Below are positions 51,029 through 62,218 of a stretch of DNA of 64,000 nucleotides, one piece after another. The translations under genes were made by a program, and so were the position numbers. Location of the stretch: NCBI GenBank assembly GCA_965215275.1, contig OZ244044.1:1632001-1696000 (forward strand), in the 5' to 3' direction. The notes beneath the pieces were generated by a model, which did not search any database, was not told the origin of the DNA, and worked only from the letters and a program-made list of their open reading frames with translations. The DNA is from Thermodesulfobacteriota bacterium. Lineage in GTDB: Bacteria; Desulfobacterota_D; UBA1144; Nemesobacterales; JAJCZQ01. The first letter of the stretch is position 1; each line of letters opens with the position of its first letter.

Positions 51029-51086
51029 GACTATATGCTAATTGCTGTCTCAGGAGATTACAAATCCACGTTACAGGACGGGAAAA

Positions 51087-53252
51087 TCAGGTGGATTTTT
51101 GAGGACTGGAAACGTTCTGATAAAAATCGCCGAGCTTGTTCTGCAGCTGATCAACGTGGTCTATGACGTCATGTATCTGATGATCGAGTTCTTCTGCCTC
51201 AAGGTCAATATCTTCGCATTTTTTCCATTCCAGTATGTGTCCCTTGATATGATCAAAAGAGTCGTACATCGTTTTAAGTTCTTCGGATATGCGAGATACG
51301 TTCATTGCTATTTCCTTTCTTTCTTTTTCTCCTGAGACATTTGCGATCCAGAACGAGGCGAATATGAACGCTACTACTATAATGGATTGGGGAATGAGCG
51401 TTTCTAACGTTGGATAAATACCCAGGATATCGATCCGTGGAACGTAATCCACAATGGTCGTTCCGATCATACCGGCACTCTGAAGTTCATAAATACCCTT
51501 GCCCACGAGTATGAAGCAAAGGAAATACAGCAGCAGGCTCGTTGCAGAAAAGAAGTATCGTATAGGTATACTGATCGCGAGTTTAAATATTAAAAATCCC
51601 AGGATACCCGTAACTGCGACCCCTGCTACAAAACCCCATATTACCGGAGAGATATTGTTTTCTGCCTGATATCCCAGTGCCTGATAGAACAGCACGGTTT
51701 CAAATGCCTCTCTGTAAACCGCGAAGAACGAGACCGTGACCAGTGCCATGATGCTCTTTTTGTTCAGTGCGGTTTCTATTTTTGTTTTTATGAACTCTTT
51801 CCATTTTTCCACTTCTATCTTGGATATAAGCCAGTAGCTTACGTAAAACAGCACGGCAGCGGCAATTAACGAGGTTATTCCTTCGATCAGTTCCCGGTTC
51901 AGTCCGGATATAGAGATTATAGTCCTTGCGACGTACCACGTTATCAATCCTGCAACTATGGCGGAGACCCAGCCGACGTGAATGTACCTTATTACCCTTC
52001 TCGATCCGGTGTTAACTAAAAATGCGATAATTGCAGCAATTATCAGTATTGCTTCAAGACCTTCTCTTAAAATAATAGAAAAGGAACTCGTGAACAGCAC
52101 GGCGGAATTAAAAGTGTTCTTATCGTACAGCAGGTCTGATGCCTTGTTCAGGTCTTTGGAAATATCGCTTGTAAGTCGTTCGACCTCGTCTGCGGGAGCA
52201 CCTTTTTTTACTTCTGATCTGAATCTTGCCATGTTCTGCTCGATCTTCGAAGCCAGCAAGCCGTCTGCCAGAAAGATATCAGCTTCAACCAGCTCGTATC
52301 CGTTCAGATAGGCATCAATTGAACTGTCAAGGGCTTTTTCGTGCTCATTGTTCTTATAGTGTTTCAGTGCCGATCGTAGTTCTGCGATGGCAAACTCAAT
52401 GTACTTGTTCTTATCATTGCTATTGTTCGGGTCGTTATCTGGATCAGAATTCCTTATTGCCATTATGGAGGCGTAGGAACTGTTGTCATCCCGGTTGAGG
52501 TTGAGCCTCTCACTGATCTGCTGATTTGTTAATGAAGATAGAGCTTTGTAATCTGAAAGTTCTTCAGGAACCCTGACCTTCGTTGTATCGTTAAGGATAT
52601 GGTCGGGAAAACCAGCCGACAGGACGTAAAATGCCACGTCCCATTTTTCTTTATCCGTAAGAGTAACGAAAGCCGGCATCGCGGTGTCTTTGATACCGAA
52701 GTTCAGCGTATTGTAAACCTTGAGAGGGGACAGGGTTAACGAAACGTCCAGGGATTGAAAATTGGTAGGTTCAGGTATTAAGTTCTCTGCAAGTATACCC
52801 CTGCCGTTACCTCTTTCACCATGACACGCCGTGCAGTGCCTGGCAAACAGGACGGAACCGTTACTTAAACTCGGCATTGATGAAGGGTTTCTTGTAATAT
52901 TAAAGCCGGATATCAGATCCTTTTTTATCTCATTGGTTATATCCTTTACTTCCTGAACGGACGCTCTGGCATTTATCTTGTTACTCAACCTTGTTATTTT
53001 CCGTATCAGATCATCACTGGTTATCTCCAGCGTGCTGGATATCGCGACCGCGGACTCGGAAAAATCGAGCATCTCGGTATATTCATTATCGTTTATTATC
53101 CTGCCTTTGCTGACCGCGAACTGATAATCTCCACCGATATAGTCGATCAGGGAAAAAAGTCTTTGAGGATCATTGCTGCCAAAGGCATTTGAAGATATGA
53201 AAATTATCGGTAAAATAAATATCAGGGAAAGAAAAACTGTTTTCTGTTTCAT
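51087..53252 (-). CDS. Cytochrome c-FTR1 iron permease fusion
   Basis: CTACH heme motif, REGLE and REAFE motifs; start MKQKTV assumed. Confidence 0.92.
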   Translation of the reverse strand: MKQKTVFLSLIFILPIIFISSNAFGSNDPQRLFSLIDYIGGDYQFAVSKGRIINDNEYTEMLDFSESAVAISSTLEITSDDLIRKITRLSNKINARASVQEVKDITNEIKKDLISGFNITRNPSSMPSLSNGSVLFARHCTACHGERGNGRGILAENLIPEPTNFQSLDVSLTLSPLKVYNTLNFGIKDTAMPAFVTLTDKEKWDVAFYVLSAGFPDHILNDTTKVRVPEELSDYKALSSLTNQQISERLNLNRDDNSSYASIMAIRNSDPDNDPNNSNDKNKYIEFAIAELRSALKHYKNNEHEKALDSSIDAYLNGYELVEADIFLADGLLASKIEQNMARFRSEVKKGAPADEVERLTSDISKDLNKASDLLYDKNTFNSAVLFTSSFSIILREGLEAILIIAAIIAFLVNTGSRRVIRYIHVGWVSAIVAGLITWYVARTIISISGLNRELIEGITSLIAAAVLFYVSYWLISKIEVEKWKEFIKTKIETALNKKSIMALVTVSFFAVYREAFETVLFYQALGYQAENNISPVIWGFVAGVAVTGILGFLIFKLAISIPIRYFFSATSLLLYFLCFILVGKGIYELQSAGMIGTTIVDYVPRIDILGIYPTLETLIPQSIIVVAFIFASFWIANVSGEKERKEIAMNVSRISEELKTMYDSFDHIKGHILEWKKCEDIDLEAEELDHQIHDVIDHVDQLQNKLGDFYQNVSSPQKST

Positions 53253-53492
53253 GTTGATCTGATCTTCTTCTGAACCATCCGGGCTTCTGAATTTTATAAA
53301 GACATCAAAGCTACCATTATAGACCCATTTTGTCAAGGATACTTTTTCTTTCCAGCTACCGTTCAGGCGGCACTCTTTTACAGGTCTTAAGAATAAAAAG
53401 CAGGTAACGCTCACGAGGGACCGCCTTTATTCATAGCCTCTTAACGTGTATCCTGTTATATCAGAAAGTCAGATTTCAGAAAGGATACAGGC

Positions 53493-55388
53493 GTGAAAAG
53501 AACAGTCGATCTATTTAAAGAGTTTTCCTCTGTAAGTTATGAGGAATGGAACGAGCAGGTCGCAAAAGACGTTGACCGGTCCGGCTACAGAAGACCGCTG
53601 GTCTGGAAAACGGACGAGGGTTTTGAGGTAGCTCCGTTCTATACCGCTGAAAACGTTAAAGACCTTTTGCACCTGACGGACACTCTGCCCGGGGAATATC
53701 CATTTGTCAGGGGAAACAGCGGCAGAGGAAATGACTGGGATATATGCGTGAAGATCGCCAGAAAGGATATTTCGGACTCCAACGTATCAGCCAGGCAGGC
53801 ACTGAAAAACGGAGCTGACTCTGTTACCTTTTCCGAGGTCTCCGTTGATTCTGCCGCTGAGATGTCCGGTCTGCTGAAAGGTATATCCCTTTGCGATACA
53901 AAACTTAACTTTGAGTCCGTACCAAGCGATCTGAAGGTGCTCGACCTGCTTTTACAGGAGGCAAAGAACAGGGACGTCGACCCTTCAGAGATATCAGGAA
54001 CTTTATACTTCAGTCCCTTGAACGAACTTCTGTCGGATGGCTTTCTGCCTTTTGACAGCGAAGAATGTTTTTCAAGGGCAAAAGAGCTTATAGTCTTTGC
54101 TGATCGTAATGCTCCGAATTACAAAACGTTAGCAGTTAAAGGTGACGGCTTTTCCGAGGCAGGGTCAAGCGTGGTTCAGGAAGTCGCGTTCTCTTTGCTG
54201 GCAGGATGCGAATATCTGGTAAAGCTAAGGGAAAAAGGACTGAGCGTAGACGCTGTCTCGGACAGGATGGTCTTTCAGTTCTCTGCCGGTTCAAGCTACT
54301 TTATGGAAACTGCGAAGTTAAGAGCTGCCAGGAATTTGTGGGCGAAGATCGTAAGCAGGTTCGAACCTGAACGTTATTCTTCCTGCAAAATGACCATTCA
54401 CTGTATAACTTCACTGCGAAATAAAACCCTTTACGACCCTTATGTGAACGTTTTAAGAGGCACGGTTGAATCAATGGCCGCGGTCATGGGAGGTTGCAGC
54501 TCGCTCTGTGTTCTTCCTTTTGATCACAGAAGCGGGTCCGAAGACGATGACCCCGTCAGGCTGGCACGTAATACGCAGCTGATATTAAAAGAAGAAGCAT
54601 ATTTACACGAAGTTACGGATCCCTGTGCCGGTTCTTACTACGTTGAAAAACTGACCGATCTTATATCTGCCGAGGCCCTCAGGCTTTTTCAAAGTGCTGA
54701 AAAGAACGGGGGATTTATACAGTGCGTAAACAGTTCGTACGTTCAGGACCGGATAATGGAGACCGGCAGTTCAAAGATGGATAAAATAAGCCTGGGAAAG
54801 CGGTGCATTGTGGGGATAACCCGATCTCCGAACCTTGAAGAAAAGATAATCGACCAGGTGGATACAGCGGACGAGGGCCTTTCCGGTGACGATCAGGATA
54901 ATGGTAACGGGGATGCAGGTCCCTGGAGGGTCAGGAAACTGGATAAGGTCAACTGGGCAAGTCTGTATGAAGACCTTAGGCTGAGGACGGAAAAGTTTGA
55001 AAGGCTAACGGGCAGGTCCGTCAGGGTGTTCTTGCTCAAGACGGGTGATCCCGTCTCCGGAAGTGCCAGAGCCGTGTTCTCTGCAAATTTCTTTGGTTGT
55101 GCGGGGTACAGCATAACGGAAGGTGCGGGGTCTGAAAGTATTGACGAGGGGGTAAGCGGTGCGGATATAGTGGTGCTGTGTAGCGGAGACAGGGATTATG
55201 CAGAGATCGGCACGGATATTGTGGGACGGATAAGGTCTGCCCACCCGGAAGCCATCGTCGTTGTTGCGGGGTATCCCGTAGATACTATAGATGAACTTAT
55301 AAAGTCCGGCGTTGATGATTTTGTTCACGTGGGTTCTGAACTGTATGAGACGCTCTCGAAATATCATAAGAAACTCGGAATAATGTGA
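53493..55388 (+). CDS. mutA: Methylmalonyl-CoA mutase small (beta) subunit
   Basis: [28 protein letters not shown]; no DxHxxG. Confidence 0.92.
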   Translation: MKRTVDLFKEFSSVSYEEWNEQVAKDVDRSGYRRPLVWKTDEGFEVAPFYTAENVKDLLHLTDTLPGEYPFVRGNSGRGNDWDICVKIARKDISDSNVSARQALKNGADSVTFSEVSVDSAAEMSGLLKGISLCDTKLNFESVPSDLKVLDLLLQEAKNRDVDPSEISGTLYFSPLNELLSDGFLPFDSEECFSRAKELIVFADRNAPNYKTLAVKGDGFSEAGSSVVQEVAFSLLAGCEYLVKLREKGLSVDAVSDRMVFQFSAGSSYFMETAKLRAARNLWAKIVSRFEPERYSSCKMTIHCITSLRNKTLYDPYVNVLRGTVESMAAVMGGCSSLCVLPFDHRSGSEDDDPVRLARNTQLILKEEAYLHEVTDPCAGSYYVEKLTDLISAEALRLFQSAEKNGGFIQCVNSSYVQDRIMETGSSKMDKISLGKRCIVGITRSPNLEEKIIDQVDTADEGLSGDDQDNGNGDAGPWRVRKLDKVNWASLYEDLRLRTEKFERLTGRSVRVFLLKTGDPVSGSARAVFSANFFGCAGYSITEGAGSESIDEGVSGADIVVLCSGDRDYAEIGTDIVGRIRSAHPEAIVVVAGYPVDTIDELIKSGVDDFVHVGSELYETLSKYHKKLGIM

Positions 55389-55408
55389 GACATTCCATGA
55401 GACATTCC

Positions 55409-57550
55409 ATGAGACCTGATTTTTCAGATATTAACGTAAAGCCGCGGAACTTCCCGGAGGGTGCTGCTGACCTGTGTCCGACGGGTAATGAATGGCTGAC
55501 GGCGGAGGGGATCCCCTTAAAGCACGTTTACACAAAGGAGGACGTAAAGGATTTAAGGCACTTGGGCTATGGTGCTGGAGTACCTCCATATTTAAGAGGT
55601 CCATATTCCACGATGTACGTAACGAGGCCGTGGACCATCAGACAGTACGCGGGTTTTTCCACCGCTGAAGAGTCAAATGCGTTTTACAGACGCAACCTTG
55701 CTTCAGGACAGAAGGGGCTTTCCGTTGCCTTCGACCTTGCAACTCACAGAGGGTACGACTCTGATCACGAAAGGGTTTTCGGCGACGTTGGCAAGGCGGG
55801 AGTAGCCGTTGATTCGGTTGAAGATATGAAGATACTCTTTGATCAGATACCCCTTGACGAGATTTCCGTTTCGATGACCATGAACGGTGCCGTTCTTCCA
55901 GTTATGGCCTTTTATATCGTTGCTGCGGAAGAGCAGGGCGTGGTCCCTGATAAATTAAATGGAACTATTCAGAATGATATTCTCAAGGAGTTCATGGTCA
56001 GAAATACCTATATTTATCCCCCTGAATTCTCAATGAGGATAATAGCGGATATCTTTGAATACACCTCACGGCACGTGCCAAAGTTCAATTCGATCAGCGT
56101 CAGCGGATATCACATGCAGGAAGCCGGAGCAACTGCCGACGTTGAACTTGCCTATACGCTTGCAAATGGACTTGAATACGTGCGCACTGGCATTAACGCT
56201 GGTCTGAACGTGGATGATTTTGCTCCCAGGATCTCGTTCTTCTGGGGAATTGGGATGAACCATTTCATGGAGGTCGCTAAAATGAGGGCAGGCAGGATGC
56301 TCTGGGCAAAGATCGTTCGCAGGTTCGGTCCTGAAAATCCCAGGTCACTGGCACTGCGTGCACATTGCCAGACGTCCGGATGGAGCCTCACCGAACGCGA
56401 TCCTTTTAATAACGTCGTCAGGACCTGCGTGGAAGCCATGGCCGCCGTTCTTGGAGGTACTCAGTCTCTTCATACCAACGCACTTGATGAAGCTATTGCC
56501 CTGCCGACGGATTTTTCAGCCCGGATAGCAAGGAACACGCAGATATATATCCAGGAAGAAACCGACGTGTGCAGATCGGTTGATCCACTGGCAGGTTCCT
56601 ACTACGTTGAATATCTTACGGACCGGATAGCAAGAAAGGCATGGGAACTGATCGAGGAAGTTGAACAGCTCGGAGGGATCACAAAAGCGATCGAAGCAGG
56701 ACTTCCGAAAATGAGAATAGAGGAAGCCGCTGCCAGAAGGCAGGCAAGGATCGATTCGGGAAAGGATATAATAGTCGGGGTCAATAAATATGAGACCGGC
56801 CGGGACGTTAATATAGATATTTTAGAAGTGGACAACAGCGCGGTCAGGCAGGTTCAGATCGAGCGTATAAAGAGCATAAAGGAAAAGCGCAGTGACAAAG
56901 CCGTCAGAAGCTCACTTGACGGGATAACCCGGTGTGCGGGATCGGGTGAGGGAAATCTTCTTACCCTTGCCATTGAAGCCGCCAGGCACAGAGCTACCCT
57001 TGGAGAGATATCAGACGCCTGTGAAAAGGTGTGCGGGAGATATAAAGCGGTGATCAGATCGATTTCTGGTGTATATTCTTCTGAAATGGCAGAAGATAAT
57101 GACTTTAAAAAAGTAAGGATGCTTGCAGATGAGTTTGCAAGGGCTGATGGAAGAAGGCCCAGGATGATCGTTGTAAAGATGGGACAGGACGGCCACGACA
57201 GGGGAGCAAAGGTAATTGCGACCAGTTTTGCTGACCTCGGATTTGACGTTGACGTAGGCACTCTTTTTCAGACTCCGGCTGAAGCGGCAAAGCAGGCGGT
57301 GGAGAGCGACGTGCATATACTGGGTATCTCCAGTCTTGCGGGTGGACATAAGACGCTTGTTCCGAAACTTATGGATGAACTGAAGAAACTGAAACGTGAG
57401 GATATGGTAATTATCGTCGGAGGGGTAGTTCCCAGAAAGGACCACGGGTTTTTATACGAAGCAGGCGTGGACGAGATATTCGGTCCCGGGACCGTTATCC
57501 CTCACGCTGCGGAAAAAATACTGAAACTCCTTATAAAGAGATTATCGTAA
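55409..57550 (+). CDS. mutB: Methylmalonyl-CoA mutase large subunit
   Basis: [21 protein letters not shown]12 motif; start could be 55385, 55397 or 55409. Confidence 0.97.
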   Translation: MRPDFSDINVKPRNFPEGAADLCPTGNEWLTAEGIPLKHVYTKEDVKDLRHLGYGAGVPPYLRGPYSTMYVTRPWTIRQYAGFSTAEESNAFYRRNLASGQKGLSVAFDLATHRGYDSDHERVFGDVGKAGVAVDSVEDMKILFDQIPLDEISVSMTMNGAVLPVMAFYIVAAEEQGVVPDKLNGTIQNDILKEFMVRNTYIYPPEFSMRIIADIFEYTSRHVPKFNSISVSGYHMQEAGATADVELAYTLANGLEYVRTGINAGLNVDDFAPRISFFWGIGMNHFMEVAKMRAGRMLWAKIVRRFGPENPRSLALRAHCQTSGWSLTERDPFNNVVRTCVEAMAAVLGGTQSLHTNALDEAIALPTDFSARIARNTQIYIQEETDVCRSVDPLAGSYYVEYLTDRIARKAWELIEEVEQLGGITKAIEAGLPKMRIEEAAARRQARIDSGKDIIVGVNKYETGRDVNIDILEVDNSAVRQVQIERIKSIKEKRSDKAVRSSLDGITRCAGSGEGNLLTLAIEAARHRATLGEISDACEKVCGRYKAVIRSISGVYSSEMAEDNDFKKVRMLADEFARADGRRPRMIVVKMGQDGHDRGAKVIATSFADLGFDVDVGTLFQTPAEAAKQAVESDVHILGISSLAGGHKTLVPKLMDELKKLKREDMVIIVGGVVPRKDHGFLYEAGVDEIFGPGTVIPHAAEKILKLLIKRLS

Positions 57551-57580
57551 TTGTCGTCACAAGGTCTTGTGGCTTGATCA

Positions 57581-58591
57581 ATGGTGAAGGTCGCTAAAAA
57601 AGCAAGGAACTCGTTAAGCGTCGAGCAGTACACGGACGGAATAATGAATTCCGACGTTAAGGTCCTCAGCAAGGCCATAACCGTTGTGGAGAGCACTTTA
57701 AGGTCTGATGCTGATACTGCCCGTCAGGTCGTTGAAAAATGCCTTCCCAGGTCCGGGAACTCCATACGCATAGGTATATCAGGAGTTCCCGGGGTTGGAA
57801 AGAGCACGTTCATTGACGCGTTTGGCACCTACCTGACCGATCAGGTCGGCAGGAAGGTGGCGGTGCTTACCGTTGATCCCTCAAGTCAGATCACAAAGGG
57901 CAGTATACTTGGGGACAAGATCAGGATGACACGGCTTTCAAAGGATCCGAACGCATATATAAGAACCTCGCCGTCTTCGGGATTTCTGGGCGGCGTTGCG
58001 GCAAGAACGAGAGAGATCATCGTTTTATGCGAAGCCGCCGGGTTTGATACCGTGATCGTGGAGACCGTTGGAGTGGGACAGTCGGAAACGACCGTTCATC
58101 GTATCGTTGATTTTTTTCTGCTGTTACATCTTGCCGGAGCCGGTGATGAGATACAGGGTATAAAAAGAGGGATAATGGAGCTTGCCGACGCGGTCGTTGT
58201 AAACAAGTGCGACGGACCGGACGTGCAGAGGTCCAGACTGGCAAGAAAGCAGATCGAAGGTGCCTTGAGCCTCTTCCCGGTTGACGGTTCAGGATGGAAG
58301 CCTCGTGCACTGACCTGCTCCTCCCTTGATGGCACGGGTATTGATGAGGTGTGGAGCGTTATAAAAGAGAAGAACTCTCTTGCCATGAGATCAGGATATT
58401 TCGAAAGTAACAGACGGGATCAGGCGGTATACTGGATACATGAAACGGTGACGAGGATGCTGAAGGACAGCTTTTATGCCTGTGAAGAAATTCAGCGGTC
58501 CATCGATAGGATGAAAAAAGACGTTGCGGACGGAAAGATCAGTCCTTTTCACGCGGCGGAAAAGCTGATGGGATCATACAGGGTGGAGTAA
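57581..58591 (+). CDS. meaB: MCM-associated GTPase
   Basis: GVPGVGKST, VDPSS, LGDK, ETVGVGQSE. Confidence 0.96.
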   Translation: MVKVAKKARNSLSVEQYTDGIMNSDVKVLSKAITVVESTLRSDADTARQVVEKCLPRSGNSIRIGISGVPGVGKSTFIDAFGTYLTDQVGRKVAVLTVDPSSQITKGSILGDKIRMTRLSKDPNAYIRTSPSSGFLGGVAARTREIIVLCEAAGFDTVIVETVGVGQSETTVHRIVDFFLLLHLAGAGDEIQGIKRGIMELADAVVVNKCDGPDVQRSRLARKQIEGALSLFPVDGSGWKPRALTCSSLDGTGIDEVWSVIKEKNSLAMRSGYFESNRRDQAVYWIHETVTRMLKDSFYACEEIQRSIDRMKKDVADGKISPFHAAEKLMGSYRVE

Positions 58592-59104
58592 ATGGTGCAT
58601 TCATATGGTGCTGGTGCGGTGGACACTTCAGTAAATTACCGTATAGAAGAGCTGTCGGAGGAAAATATAAGCAGGGTCCTGGAGATCGAGAACGCTTCGT
58701 TCAGGTCCCCCTGGCATCGAGCTTTATTTGAAGCGGAACTGAAGAACAGAAGGTCCTACAATATAGCCTGTATAGATGAAAGCGATGAAAATCGTGACCT
58801 GATAGGATACTGTCTGTCGTGGCTTATCTACGATGAGATACACATTTTGAAAGTTGCAGTTGATGAAAAATTCAGAAATCAGGGTATCGGCAGTGAGATG
58901 ATCGTTAAAACCCTGGAGCATTTTATTCCCAGGGGAGCGACCCATGCAGTTCTGGAGGTCAGGCTGGATAACTATGGGGCAAGGAGCCTTTACGAAAAAC
59001 TGGGATTTGAAGACCTGAGGATAAGAAGGAACTATTACAGTGAGACGGGGGAAGACGCTTTGGTAATGGGGCTTGACCTGAACGGCTACAGAGGTGACCC
59101 GTAA
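58592..59104 (+). CDS. rimI: Ribosomal-protein-alanine N-acetyltransferase
   Basis: SFRSPW, LEVRLDN, RRNYY...EDALVM. Confidence 0.92.
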   Translation: MVHSYGAGAVDTSVNYRIEELSEENISRVLEIENASFRSPWHRALFEAELKNRRSYNIACIDESDENRDLIGYCLSWLIYDEIHILKVAVDEKFRNQGIGSEMIVKTLEHFIPRGATHAVLEVRLDNYGARSLYEKLGFEDLRIRRNYYSETGEDALVMGLDLNGYRGDP

Positions 59105-59237
59105 AAGGGAACAAAAGGGTCAGAGAGTTCAGTTTCACCCCCTCCCTTTTTTTGTCCGCAAGGGTCTTTATATTTGCATGGGTTAGCGTGTATCATATAT
59201 TAACGGACGACGGTCTTTACAGGGTGGTATCTCAGAT

Positions 59238-59468
59238 ATGTTTGGCGTTGGAACAGGCGAACTTATAGTAATAATCCTTATTGCGATCCTTATACTGGGA
59301 CCTAAGGAGATACCGAAAGTGGCTCGTACTATCGGCAGGGGAATGAGAGAGATCAGGCGGGTAAAGGATGACCTGACAAAAAATATAGAGTTTGAAGACG
59401 ATGCTCATTCTGAAAAGAAAGCGGAGAAGGTGAACGGACCGGCCAAGGATACCGACCTTGACGTTTAA
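59238..59468 (+). CDS. Twin-arginine translocase TatA/TatB subunit
   Basis: MFGVGTGEL...LGPKEIP. Confidence 0.92.
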   Translation: MFGVGTGELIVIILIAILILGPKEIPKVARTIGRGMREIRRVKDDLTKNIEFEDDAHSEKKAEKVNGPAKDTDLDV

Positions 59469-59552
59469 AGGCGTTTTTTTGGTCCATTCAGTCCTTGCCT
59501 TTGACTTTCAATAAGGTAAACTCACAGCGACTTTTAACAGGAGTACCGACTT

Positions 59553-61133
59553 TTGCCAAAGATCACGATAGATAATACAGAAATAGAGGTAGAAGGTGGT
59601 ATAAACGTTATTCAGGCTGCTTCAAAGATAGGCATAGAGATCCCGCATTTCTGCTATCATCCTTCCCTGAGCGTTGTGGCACAGTGCAGACAATGCCTCG
59701 TTGAAGTGGAAGGCGTTCCGAAGGTGCTGCCGGCCTGCAACATCATGGTGAGGGACGGGCTTGTCGTCAGAACGAATACCGAAAAGGCCGTTAAAGCGAG
59801 AGAGGCGACCCTGGAGTTCACACTGATAAACCACCCTCTTGACTGTCCTATCTGTGACAAAGGGGGTGAGTGTCCGCTGCAGCTTATCACTTTTGACCAT
59901 GGACCTGGATACAGCCGCGTCAGCGGTCCGGAAGAGAAGAAGGTACGCCAGAAGTATTACCTGAGCGACAGGATACTTTACGACCCCAATCGGTGCATAA
60001 TGTGCACCAGATGTATAAGGTTCACCGATGAGGTAACACGGACCTCGGAACTTGGGACGAGCGGAAGGGGATTTAGAAAAAAAATAGTTGTTTTTCCGGG
60101 AAGGGAACTTAATAACAAACTTGCCAGCAACGTTATAGACATCTGTCCCGTGGGTGCACTTCTGGATAAGGATACTCTTCATGAAGAAAGGGTATGGTAC
60201 TACAAGTTTACCGACAGCGTGTGCTCGCTCTGCAGTAACGGATGCAGTATTACAGTAGGTGCCGATGAGCGAAAGGGTAAAGTCTCAAGGATACGTCCCA
60301 GACCCAACCCGGACGTTAACGATTTCTGGATCTGTGATAAGGGAAGATACGGATTTAAAAAGGTTCAGGAAGACAAAAGATTAAGGGACCCCATTGTCAG
60401 AAATGGAAGCGGGTATGAAATAACGAGCTGGAAAACGGCTATAGACGTCATTTATGAGCGGCTTTGCGAGGCTGGAAAGTTCTCACATAAGAACACGGCG
60501 TTCATTGCCTCTCCGAAGTTAACGAACGAGGAGCTTTACCTTTTCCGTAAGATCTATGAAAAGGCAGATGCCGACCACATCGTATCCGGCGTCGGATTTG
60601 CGTCAGGGGCTAAGGAGTACGGCATAATAAGTTCAGATCCCTATCCTAATTCCTGCGGCGTCAGGCATCTGGGACTGCCCGTGAACCTGAGAGAAACAGT
60701 TCAGAAGATCATTGATAAAAAGATAGACGTACTGTTCATAGCAGGGGAGGACCTGCTTGGCCAGGTGGAAGAGCCGAACAGGTCTAAACTGAAAGAAGCA
60801 CTTGATGATATGGATTTTATCGCGGTCATGGACTATAAGTTGTCCGACACGGCACATTTTGCGGACGTGATAATTCCCGGTGCTACTCCCTACGAGAAAG
60901 ATGGAACGTTCATCAACGACGAGGGACGAGTGCAGAGGATCCAAAAGGCAATATCGCCCCCCGGGAACGCCAAGGCGGACTGGGAGGCTTTAAGTCTGAT
61001 AGGTAAGAGATTTGACGGTCTGGCCTTTAATTACGTTCATCCAAAGGACATAATGTCGGAGATCGCCGCCTGTACGCCGCCTTATAATGGCATCAGCTAT
61101 GAACGAATAGGTGTTTTAGGAGTAAAGACCTGA
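59553..61133 (+). CDS. nuoG: NADH-quinone oxidoreductase subunit G (short form)
   Basis: IPHFCYHP, CRQCLVE, HPLDCPICDKGGEC, CIMCTRC, WICDKGR. Confidence 0.92.
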   Translation: MPKITIDNTEIEVEGGINVIQAASKIGIEIPHFCYHPSLSVVAQCRQCLVEVEGVPKVLPACNIMVRDGLVVRTNTEKAVKAREATLEFTLINHPLDCPICDKGGECPLQLITFDHGPGYSRVSGPEEKKVRQKYYLSDRILYDPNRCIMCTRCIRFTDEVTRTSELGTSGRGFRKKIVVFPGRELNNKLASNVIDICPVGALLDKDTLHEERVWYYKFTDSVCSLCSNGCSITVGADERKGKVSRIRPRPNPDVNDFWICDKGRYGFKKVQEDKRLRDPIVRNGSGYEITSWKTAIDVIYERLCEAGKFSHKNTAFIASPKLTNEELYLFRKIYEKADADHIVSGVGFASGAKEYGIISSDPYPNSCGVRHLGLPVNLRETVQKIIDKKIDVLFIAGEDLLGQVEEPNRSKLKEALDDMDFIAVMDYKLSDTAHFADVIIPGATPYEKDGTFINDEGRVQRIQKAISPPGNAKADWEALSLIGKRFDGLAFNYVHPKDIMSEIAACTPPYNGISYERIGVLGVKT

Positions 61134-61152
61134 CCCCAGCTGAACTGATAAC

Positions 61153-62208
61153 TTGCAAATGACCGGAATTGAAACAGCTGTAGTATTGATAAAGATCGCC
61201 CTGGTTTTCTTTGTTGTCCTTACGGCGGTTGCGTACCTTACTTACGCGGAAAGACGGATAAGTGCAATTATTCAGGACAGGATCGGTCCGAACAGGGTCG
61301 GTCCGTTCGGTCTGCTCCAGCCCCTGGCCGATGGTATAAAGTTCATATTCAAGGAAGATATAGTCCCCGACAGCTCAAGCAGACTTCTTTACGTGGCCGC
61401 TCCGATGTTCGCACTTGTAACCGCTCTTGTTGCACTTGTGGTTATACCCATAGGGGAGGGGTTTGAGACGTCGCTCCTGGGCCTTGTTGACGAGCCCGTC
61501 AGGGTTGATCTTCACATCGCCGATATTAATGTGGGTTTGTTGTACGTTCTTGCAATAGGTTCTCTGGGTGTTTACGGCGTGGTTCTTGGGGGCTGGGCGT
61601 CGAACAGTAAATACTCCCTGCTCGGAGGTCTTAGAGGGGCTGCACAGATGATCAGCTATGAACTGGCGCTTGGACTGTCAATAATAGGCGTGATCGCGAT
61701 CGTGGGTTCATTAAGGCTCGGGGACGTGATAGAGGCACAGCAGGCCTACTGGTTTATCTTTCTCCAGCCCATAGGGTTTTTAGTTTTTATAATTGCTGCA
61801 TTTGCAGAGACCAACAGGCTTCCCTTTGACCTTCCCGAGGCAGAAACGGAGATAGTTGCCGGTTACCACACGGAATACAGCAGTATGAAATTTGCAATGT
61901 TCTTTATGGCCGAGTACACGCACATGATCGTTGCTTCCTGCATGATAACGGCGATCTTTCTTGGAGGCTGGTATCCTCTTCCCTTTGTGGGCTGGTTCGG
62001 GGTCGATACTGTCCAGCACTGGTACCTGCCGCCGCTCGTGTTCCTGGGCAAAGTCGTTTTTCTGCTCTTTCTTTTTATCTGGATAAGATGGACGTTACCG
62101 AGGTTCAGGTACGATCAGATAATGAAACTTGGATGGAAAGTACTGTTCCCTCTTGCGGTTCTCAATCTTGTTATCACAAGTATCCTGATACTCTCGGGGG
62201 TTCTGTAA
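61153..62208 (+). CDS. nuoH: NADH-quinone oxidoreductase subunit H
   Basis: GPNRVGPFGLLQPLADG, ETNRLPFDLPEAE, PRFRYDQ. Confidence 0.97.
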   Translation: MQMTGIETAVVLIKIALVFFVVLTAVAYLTYAERRISAIIQDRIGPNRVGPFGLLQPLADGIKFIFKEDIVPDSSSRLLYVAAPMFALVTALVALVVIPIGEGFETSLLGLVDEPVRVDLHIADINVGLLYVLAIGSLGVYGVVLGGWASNSKYSLLGGLRGAAQMISYELALGLSIIGVIAIVGSLRLGDVIEAQQAYWFIFLQPIGFLVFIIAAFAETNRLPFDLPEAETEIVAGYHTEYSSMKFAMFFMAEYTHMIVASCMITAIFLGGWYPLPFVGWFGVDTVQHWYLPPLVFLGKVVFLLFLFIWIRWTLPRFRYDQIMKLGWKVLFPLAVLNLVITSILILSGVL

Positions 62209-62218
62209 AAACGGTCTG

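Noticed and set aside
51029..51086. preQ1 riboswitch upstream of queC
   Set aside because: No recognisable preQ1 stem-loop or A-rich tail; queC appears to follow the FTR1 gene directly.
53253..53492. Cobalamin riboswitch upstream of mutA
   Set aside because: No B12-box or conserved core recognised by eye.
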